Virus record (IMG/VR): IMGVR_UViG_3300037189_006220
Location: 32,001 to 96,000 of that record
DNA from: a virus
DNA: 64,000 nucleotides
Direction: 5' to 3' (one strand)
The notes under the pieces are model-generated. The model saw nothing but the letters and a program-made list of their open reading frames with translations. It did no database searches and was not told the DNA's origin. The stretch's first letter is position 1; the number at the start of each line of letters is the position of its first letter. The position numbers and the translations under genes are program-made. Below are positions 57,810-64,000 of the stretch, piece by piece.

Positions 57810-58232
57810 CTACTTAACGCGTTTTTCCAATACATATGGAGAGTAGTGCACGCCATCGAGTAACGGCTCTACGTTATCATTAGAGCGGAAAATAACATCT
57901 CCCGAACGAAGAGCAACAATAACACCACGACGACCATTATGTAGCTGACCAGCCTCGCCAGTAAATGCATTATGTTTGACTCGAACTAAGTCAGCGACTT
58001 TAATTTGACCCGGGATAACAGCAACCCAAATCTCATCCTTGAACGGCTCCATCAGAGCATGACCCTGAGCAAGCTTTGTAAAGATGTCTAGAGCCTCAGC
58101 AATAGTTTCAGGCTTAGCTTCGGGAATACCATCCCACGCCTTAAGAAGTTCAAGAACAATAGTTCCAGCACCAATCTTGACCTTAGCCAAGTCCATCTGC
58201 TTACGAACCCAGTCGTAGTTTACTTCACTCAT
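57810..58232 (-). CDS. hypothetical protein (C-terminal SH3-like)
   Basis: ORF with SD, flanked by terminator-like hairpins. Confidence 0.65.
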   Translation of the reverse strand: MSEVNYDWVRKQMDLAKVKIGAGTIVLELLKAWDGIPEAKPETIAEALDIFTKLAQGHALMEPFKDEIWVAVIPGQIKVADLVRVKHNAFTGEAGQLHNGRRGVIVALRSGDVIFRSNDNVEPLLDGVHYSPYVLEKRVK

Positions 58233-58294
58233 TTGTATCCTTGTCTTGATAAAAATAGGGGGCTGAGCCGAAGCCCAGCCCCCAACTCAATGGC

Positions 58295-58861
58295 TTAGAA
58301 CGGAGGCGCAGGGGGAGCGGTCTCGGACGAAGCCACAGCCGGTACTGTCTGTGCTACAGGAGTAGGTGCAGGAGCCGGGGCAGGTGCAGGAGCTGGTGCC
58401 GGAGCAGGAGCTGCCTGTGGAGCAGGTGCAGACGCAGTTGTCGGGGTCTGGGCAGTTACTGAGAAGTAACGCTTTACCTCGTTGCGCTTTGAGCCGTTCC
58501 AAACACGCGAGCCAATGCTAGCGCGGAATGGGCGGTTAACCATTGCCTGAGCAATCTGCTCATTGGTGGGGTTCTGGTCGAAGTACTGCTGGTTAAGACC
58601 AAGAGCGTTGAACTTCGAGAAGAGGATTCCGAGGGCAGATGGGTTACCATCTGACACCACGAGGTTGTCCCAGATAAGACGCTTTGCAAAGGCACCAGTC
58701 TGAACTTCAGCCTTTACCTTAAACATTGTCTTCTGGCTTTGGGTAGTGGCTACGGTTGCCTCAATTACCTTGAGGTCGTAGTCACCGTCGGGAAGTGGCT
58801 CGAAAGACCCTCCCGAATCAGCAGCGTCCTTCATCAGTTCGCCCCAGTTAAGCTGGCTCAT
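58295..58861 (-). CDS. DUF669-like phage ssDNA-binding protein
   Basis: FEPLPDGDY...; PA-rich tail ending PPF. Confidence 0.8.
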   Translation of the reverse strand: MSQLNWGELMKDAADSGGSFEPLPDGDYDLKVIEATVATTQSQKTMFKVKAEVQTGAFAKRLIWDNLVVSDGNPSALGILFSKFNALGLNQQYFDQNPTNEQIAQAMVNRPFRASIGSRVWNGSKRNEVKRYFSVTAQTPTTASAPAPQAAPAPAPAPAPAPAPAPTPVAQTVPAVASSETAPPAPPF

Positions 58862-58893
58862 TGTATATATCTCTTTTCTTCTCTGCGGTTTGA

Positions 58894-59646
58894 CTACTGC
58901 ACTTCAGCAGTCTTTTGCCCGAACACCAAGTCTAGCATACGTTCGACTCCAAGGTCACCCTGTTCAACAATTGAACCGAGACGACCCTGAACACGTTCGC
59001 CAGCTTCGTACTTGTCCGTGCGCTCTACATACATACGACGAATCTTATATGCAGGTTGCATCGGGTCAGGATTAGGGACAGACTCGACTGAAATGGCACC
59101 AAGGATGTCATAGAAGTACGGAGCCTGAATAGCAAGCTGACCTTGCAGGTAAGGGTGAGAACGTCCATCCTTATCTGTCTTAGCCATTGCCGTGAGCACG
59201 ACTGCCTCAAGAGGAGCCGTAGGGTGCATCGTAAGGTCGCGGAGGTCACGAAGAAGCGCACCCATGTGACGAAGGAGTTCGCCCCACTGTTGCATCTTCA
59301 TTGCCTCTGTGCCAGCAATGCTGTCCATGCACTTCACCTGCAACTCCGAGATGGAGTCAATGATGAGTGACTTGAACTGGTGCTTACCAAGCTGTAGCCA
59401 CTGGTAAGCCTTGATAACAGTCTCGTAGTCGTGAACAACTACAACACAAGTGTCCCAAGTACCATCAGCCACAGGTGGCTCTTCACGCATCGGGTCCCAG
59501 TACTTCACATTGATAGGGAGGAATCGGTGTCCACCCTCAACGTCAAGCATCAGGCGTGGATACGGTGCGGTTACAGCGAAGGTGGATTTACCAACCTTAG
59601 ACTCGCCGTAGACCATCATCGTCAGCGAACGCTGAACTTCTGACAT
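58894..59646 (-). CDS. Sak4/AAA_24-like ATPase (recombinase)
   Basis: YGESKVGKST, LDVEGG, LIIDSISE. Confidence 0.85.
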   Translation of the reverse strand: MSEVQRSLTMMVYGESKVGKSTFAVTAPYPRLMLDVEGGHRFLPINVKYWDPMREEPPVADGTWDTCVVVVHDYETVIKAYQWLQLGKHQFKSLIIDSISELQVKCMDSIAGTEAMKMQQWGELLRHMGALLRDLRDLTMHPTAPLEAVVLTAMAKTDKDGRSHPYLQGQLAIQAPYFYDILGAISVESVPNPDPMQPAYKIRRMYVERTDKYEAGERVQGRLGSIVEQGDLGVERMLDLVFGQKTAEVQ

Positions 59647-60584
59647 TAGTCGTTACCTTTCTTTTCGTTATTACCATAGTACGCGTATGGGTCGGAAACT
59701 TCAAATAGTTCCTCAATCGCATTCTCAGCTGCACTACCGTCGTCAACCAACGGACATACAGAATAGAACGGACACTTCCATGTGCAGTCACGGCTAGGCG
59801 TGGGATAAGCCACACTTTGGTGAGCCTCTCCGTTATCTAGCGCAGTCTTAACACGCATCAGGTCACTAACAGTACCATGAAGTCGTTGCCAAAATGAGCG
59901 CAACGAGAAGATGTTGTGACGAACCTCGAACTGGTCATAGAACGGGGGCTTAGCATTCGCTGTACGCTTTACCTTCTTAAGAAGAGTAAAGATACCACCC
60001 TCAGAACGCTCATCAGTCCCACCATTCTTGTGCTGTTCGAGAAGCATGTAGGTAAGAATCTGCTCATTCATGTGAGCCGTCTGGTAGAACTGGTCGAATG
60101 ACCCACCGACAGTCTTGAAGTCACGGAACATACGCACACCATCGCCTTTGCGACGAACACGCATATCAATCTTGCCCTGAAGTTCCACCGAGCCATCGAA
60201 CATTGGCATGTTCAAAACTTCCTCAGTAGAAATCATCTCAAGCTCCGAGTCGATTCCCTCTTCTTCAACCCACTGAAGATAGCCCTCAAGCATGATACGC
60301 CCGAGGTCAGCCTCTGAGTCGAGTTCTGTAGCATCGCGCCCAGCATCAAGAATGAGGAGTCGGTCAGACTCAACAAGGTTTGAGTGAGCATCGAGCAAAG
60401 GAATCCCAGTCGAGTAGTACTGGTCAAGTGCCTCGTGAACACGGGAACCAAGAGCAAGAGGTCCAGTGAACTTCTGCTGTTTTGGCTTCAGGCGACGGTA
60501 GTATGTCAACCACCATTTCCGTCGGCAGTCCTTGAACGTCTGAATTTCAGAGTTGGACAGTGTATAAATTTCTCCGGTACTCAT
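59646..60584 (-). CDS. Cas4-like PD-(D/E)XK exonuclease
   Basis: S.SEI..F..C, G..VH..L, GKID...DFKT, Q..Y, C.W.CPF..C. Confidence 0.88.
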   Translation of the reverse strand: MSTGEIYTLSNSEIQTFKDCRRKWWLTYYRRLKPKQQKFTGPLALGSRVHEALDQYYSTGIPLLDAHSNLVESDRLLILDAGRDATELDSEADLGRIMLEGYLQWVEEEGIDSELEMISTEEVLNMPMFDGSVELQGKIDMRVRRKGDGVRMFRDFKTVGGSFDQFYQTAHMNEQILTYMLLEQHKNGGTDERSEGGIFTLLKKVKRTANAKPPFYDQFEVRHNIFSLRSFWQRLHGTVSDLMRVKTALDNGEAHQSVAYPTPSRDCTWKCPFYSVCPLVDDGSAAENAIEELFEVSDPYAYYGNNEKKGND

Positions 60585-62413
60585 TAGAGTTTGCCTCCCT
60601 TATCGTCTTTAAGTAGTGCGAGTAGCTGGTTCTGGTCTTTGACAATCTGTTCAAAGTTATCAGCCTTAGTGTCGAGTACTTGGCGCACTCGCTCTTCGAC
60701 AGTACCCTCGGTCACATAGTCTGTGATGATGATGTTGTCGTGAATCTCCGAACCGATACGGTGTACACGGTCATTGACCTGCTTGTCGTCCACGAGCGAC
60801 CAAGGGCGCTGTAGGCGGATAAGACGACGAGCTGCGGTAAGCGTAATACCAACTCCACCAGCCTGAGCCGTAAAGAGAATCCACTTAGTCTTACCGGACT
60901 GGAAATCGTCAACAGCTTGCTGACGCTGGTCTGCATCTTGTGCTCCAGTAATAAGACCGTGGTCAATACCAGCCTTAGTTAGACGGGCACTCAGCAGTTC
61001 AATTAGCTGGCGAGAGACAGCAGATACAGCGACAGAGTCAGTACCGAAGTCTCCATTTGAAATATCATCCATGAGAGCATCGATTTTACAAGAAGGCTCT
61101 GACAGTAAAGCCTTAGGCTCTCCTGTAACCTCATTGACTTCGATAGTCGAATAGGCACTAGCAAACTGAAGCAGACGCAGGGTCTGAGTAAGAACACTAG
61201 GAGCAGACAGAACTGCACCACCCTCAAGTTCAGCAATCATCAGGTCACGCATATCGTTGTATGCCTTCTTCTGCTTTGTTGACATCTCAACATCGCGACG
61301 CTCTACAGTTACCTCGGGCAACCAAGGAAGAACAACCTGCTTGAGCATACGACGCATACGAGGATTCACGGAGGCGTAAAACTCATCGCTCATGTGGTTC
61401 TTAATACCAATGACCATCATGCCACCGAAGGCATTAATCATGGTGTCCACCATACGGTCAATCCAGCGAGTCTTGCTGGGGAACTCCTCGGGGGAGAGCC
61501 AGTGGAGGATAGTCCACATATCAAGTACATTGTTAGCAACAGGAGTACCAGTCAAAGCAAAGCGAATGTCTGCGTCTCCAGTAGCCGACCACAGTGCACG
61601 AGTCTGCTTGGACTTGGGGTCTTTAGAACGGTGAATCTCGTCAGCAATGACTGACTTGAACTCAATCTGGTTCAGCTCCCGAGGGTGTACCTCACACTTG
61701 GTGATAGTGACTTTCTCATTGTGACCACCGCACTCCATACAACGAGCAAGTGCAACAGAGCCATACGGAGCAAGGCGCGAGTGAGTACGGAGCGACTCCC
61801 AGTTAATAACAATGACGTGAGGCTTAGGCTCTTCATCAGCCGGGTCAATAAGCGGAGCAAACTGCTTACGACGTGATACCGCAGTACCACCAATAACCTG
61901 TACCCGAACACCGGGCCACCACTGCTGGAACTCTCGTTCCCAGTTCTTCTTCAGAGTATTGGGACAAACAACAAGAGCAGGGAAGACATCCTCGCCCTTC
62001 TCGTGGAGACGAGCAAGACCACGAATAGCTTGAGCAGTCTTACCAAGTCCCGGCTCATCTGCGAGAAGTGCTCGCTTAGCCGTAGCAAGGAACTCAACAC
62101 CAGCACGCTGATGAGGGAACAAGTCCTGATAGCCCTCTTCCATGTTCGTAATTTCACGAAGAGCGTTAGAGGGGTCGATACGCGTAGCCTTCTCATTAGC
62201 AGCCCACGCTCCAAGAGCAGGACCAATCTCAAGGTCACTACGGAATGTAGAACGCAGAGCAAGACATCCTGACCACGAAACAGGCATACGCCACAGGCTC
62301 TCTTTGGCTACCCAAGTAGCACCCGGAATACTCTTGCAGAGTTCCTTGTAACGCCATTCAGCGTTAATAATAATGTTCTGACCCGATTCATCAAGGTCAA
62401 CAGATACAGCCAT
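60584..62413 (-). CDS. SNF2-family helicase
   Basis: LADEPGLGKT, ADEIH, LTGTP, GVGITL, Q..DRVHRIG. Confidence 0.93.
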   Translation of the reverse strand: MAVSVDLDESGQNIIINAEWRYKELCKSIPGATWVAKESLWRMPVSWSGCLALRSTFRSDLEIGPALGAWAANEKATRIDPSNALREITNMEEGYQDLFPHQRAGVEFLATAKRALLADEPGLGKTAQAIRGLARLHEKGEDVFPALVVCPNTLKKNWEREFQQWWPGVRVQVIGGTAVSRRKQFAPLIDPADEEPKPHVIVINWESLRTHSRLAPYGSVALARCMECGGHNEKVTITKCEVHPRELNQIEFKSVIADEIHRSKDPKSKQTRALWSATGDADIRFALTGTPVANNVLDMWTILHWLSPEEFPSKTRWIDRMVDTMINAFGGMMVIGIKNHMSDEFYASVNPRMRRMLKQVVLPWLPEVTVERRDVEMSTKQKKAYNDMRDLMIAELEGGAVLSAPSVLTQTLRLLQFASAYSTIEVNEVTGEPKALLSEPSCKIDALMDDISNGDFGTDSVAVSAVSRQLIELLSARLTKAGIDHGLITGAQDADQRQQAVDDFQSGKTKWILFTAQAGGVGITLTAARRLIRLQRPWSLVDDKQVNDRVHRIGSEIHDNIIITDYVTEGTVEERVRQVLDTKADNFEQIVKDQNQLLALLKDDKGGKL

Positions 62414-62452
62414 AATTCCTTCTTTGTGTCGTTAAAGTCTACCGGATAGTTG

Positions 62453-62932
62453 CTAGGAACGCAGTCTATTCAATGGCGACCAACCTAACTTTACCATATA
62501 AAGCAGTCCATGCCTAATCGAGTCCAAGGCATGTCCCTCCCCGCCTCGGTGCCAATACTCAAGTTTCTTGAGTTTGGCATTGTCAAACATAGCTTTAGCG
62601 TCTGCTGGAGACTGAAAAACAATGTCATCAGGTGAGCCACCAAAGTCCATCATAATTTGCTTAAGGATTCCAATATGCTCCAAAGAATACGGAGCTTGTG
62701 AGTTCTTCACAGTCTGAGAGTTAATCGTAAATCGCTCACATACAATGTGAACTTCACACTCTTCATTAGTGTCTCGGATTCCCTCTAGGCTTCCACGAAT
62801 CCAATTTGCGTATGTTTCTAGGGTTGCCTCAAAAGACTCCAACATAACTGGTTCTTCCCCACTCACATATGTGAATAGGGAAAGACCAGTAGCCTTGCCG
62901 GGGTCAACTGCGAGGACGTACTGCTTGGTCAA
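62453..62932 (-). CDS. RuvC-like Holliday junction resolvase
   Basis: LAVDPGKATG, VCERF, H..DSIRH. Confidence 0.75.
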   Translation of the reverse strand: MTKQYVLAVDPGKATGLSLFTYVSGEEPVMLESFEATLETYANWIRGSLEGIRDTNEECEVHIVCERFTINSQTVKNSQAPYSLEHIGILKQIMMDFGGSPDDIVFQSPADAKAMFDNAKLKKLEYWHRGGEGHALDSIRHGLLYMVKLGWSPLNRLRS

Positions 62933-64000
62933 CTTTAGCCACCTCTTCCTCGTACTTAGCTCCCCAGTTTTCAAATGGACCATCTGCACCTGCTGTAAGT
63001 GGTACAGACCACCCGTCACGAGTAGTCATACACTCAGCAACTATGTGCTTCATCTCTTCTGCATCTTCACGAGGAACTTGAATCACGATTTCATCGTGTA
63101 CAGGAACAATCATGTATTCGGTAAGGTCAGCTTGGTCAAGCTTTACAAGGTTTTGCTTAAAGACTTCAGCAGCCGTTGCCTGAATCATGTAGTTAGTTAG
63201 CGAATAGACACGGTCATCATCACAGGGAAGACGGCGACCAGTTCGTGTCTGAACATAGCCCTGACCCTCTTCACGCAGACGACGCATACCCGCGTCCTCT
63301 ACCTTGCGCTGGAACATCTTAACTCCCGGGTAGCTGGAATCAAAAGCATCAACAACAGACTTCATCTGCTCAGTCTGAACTCCAGCAGTAAGAGCCATCT
63401 TATCTACGCCAGCACCATAAAGCTTTCCGTAGATGACACCCTTGATTAGTTTACGACGAGGGTCAGATTTTTGGAGGGTACTATCACGATACACCTGACG
63501 CATAATCTCAGTAAATACATCCCCACCAGTGCGGTCAGCCTCATTGAAAAGGTCAATGAGAGACTGGTCTTCGCTAAAGTTAGCCGTCAGACGGAACTCA
63601 ACTTGGTCGAGGTCAGAGGAGATGATGACGTGGTCTTCATCCTTCGGGATAAACGCACGACGAACAGTAGCGTCCCCCGAGGGAAGAGTCTGCAAAGCAG
63701 GATTAGTAATCGACATACGACCAGTACGAGCCTGAAGCGTATTGATGTTCGGGTGCAAGAACCCGCCTACGTTGTCTCCAAGGAAGTTACTGAAGTAGGA
63801 GCTGGCAAGCTTATCAGCCTTACGCTGTTTCAGCACAGAGTCAGCAAGTACCTTGACCTCATTACTGCCATCACGGACAAGCATCTTCAACTGGTCTTTA
63901 GTCATCGACTTATTGCCAGAGGCAGTTGTTTCAGTAATCTCAGCACCAAGACCCTCAAATGCACGAACAAGCTGGACGTTACTCGTAATAGATAGACCAT
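62904..64000 (-). CDS. polA: family A DNA polymerase (5' part outside window)
   Basis: TGRMS...P.LQ, SDLDQVEFR, R..K...YG..YG, NY.IQ.TAA, VHDEI. Confidence 0.95.
   Translation of the reverse strand, partial: GLSITSNVQLVRAFEGLGAEITETTASGNKSMTKDQLKMLVRDGSNEVKVLADSVLKQRKADKLASSYFSNFLGDNVGGFLHPNINTLQARTGRMSITNPALQTLPSGDATVRRAFIPKDEDHVIISSDLDQVEFRLTANFSEDQSLIDLFNEADRTGGDVFTEIMRQVYRDSTLQKSDPRRKLIKGVIYGKLYGAGVDKMALTAGVQTEQMKSVVDAFDSSYPGVKMFQRKVEDAGMRRLREEGQGYVQTRTGRRLPCDDDRVYSLTNYMIQATAAEVFKQNLVKLDQADLTEYMIVPVHDEIVIQVPREDAEEMKHIVAECMTTRDGWSVPLTAGADGPFENWGAKYEEEVAKVDQAVRPRS

Noticed and set aside
59646-60584. Cas4-like gene as a CRISPR-Cas component
   Set aside because: It sits in a standard phage recombination module (SSB, Sak4-like ATPase, helicase) with no array or cas1.

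Overview
This 64 kb window is part of a large lytic dsDNA phage genome, most likely infecting an actinobacterium. Support for that host: two WhiB genes, an actinobacterial-type SSB, an r1t holin and many leaderless starts. 1-14.8 kb is an early/host-takeover region of small minus-strand genes built as promoter-leader-gene-terminator cassettes. It carries 17 copies of a TTTTCCGTGTAA motif, a MoxR-AAA/VWA pair and a CHAP-like protein lacking its catalytic Cys. 15-29 kb holds a terminase-small-subunit-like gene, HNH, thioredoxin, an A/C-rich origin-like spacer, two tandem Mom-like DNA-modifying GNATs, dCMP deaminase and WhiB. 29.6-31.8 kb is the most unusual locus: an unannotated 27-aa peptide resembling the C-terminal CxxC redox tail of RNR alpha, then a free-standing splicing-dead RIR1-type intein/LAGLIDADG gene, then a class Ic-type (Tyr-to-Phe, Asp-to-Glu) RNR beta. 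No alpha gene is present in the window. 32-39 kb holds NlpC/P60, PNK, ThyX, 8 tRNAs, candidate ncRNAs, holin and endolysin. 39-52 kb is a modular tail-fibre/RBP cluster. 52-64 kb is the replication/recombination module: prim-pol/helicase, SSB, Sak4-like ATPase, Cas4-like nuclease, SNF2 helicase, RuvC-like resolvase and a truncated PolA. All calls come from motifs read by eye; no database searches were run.
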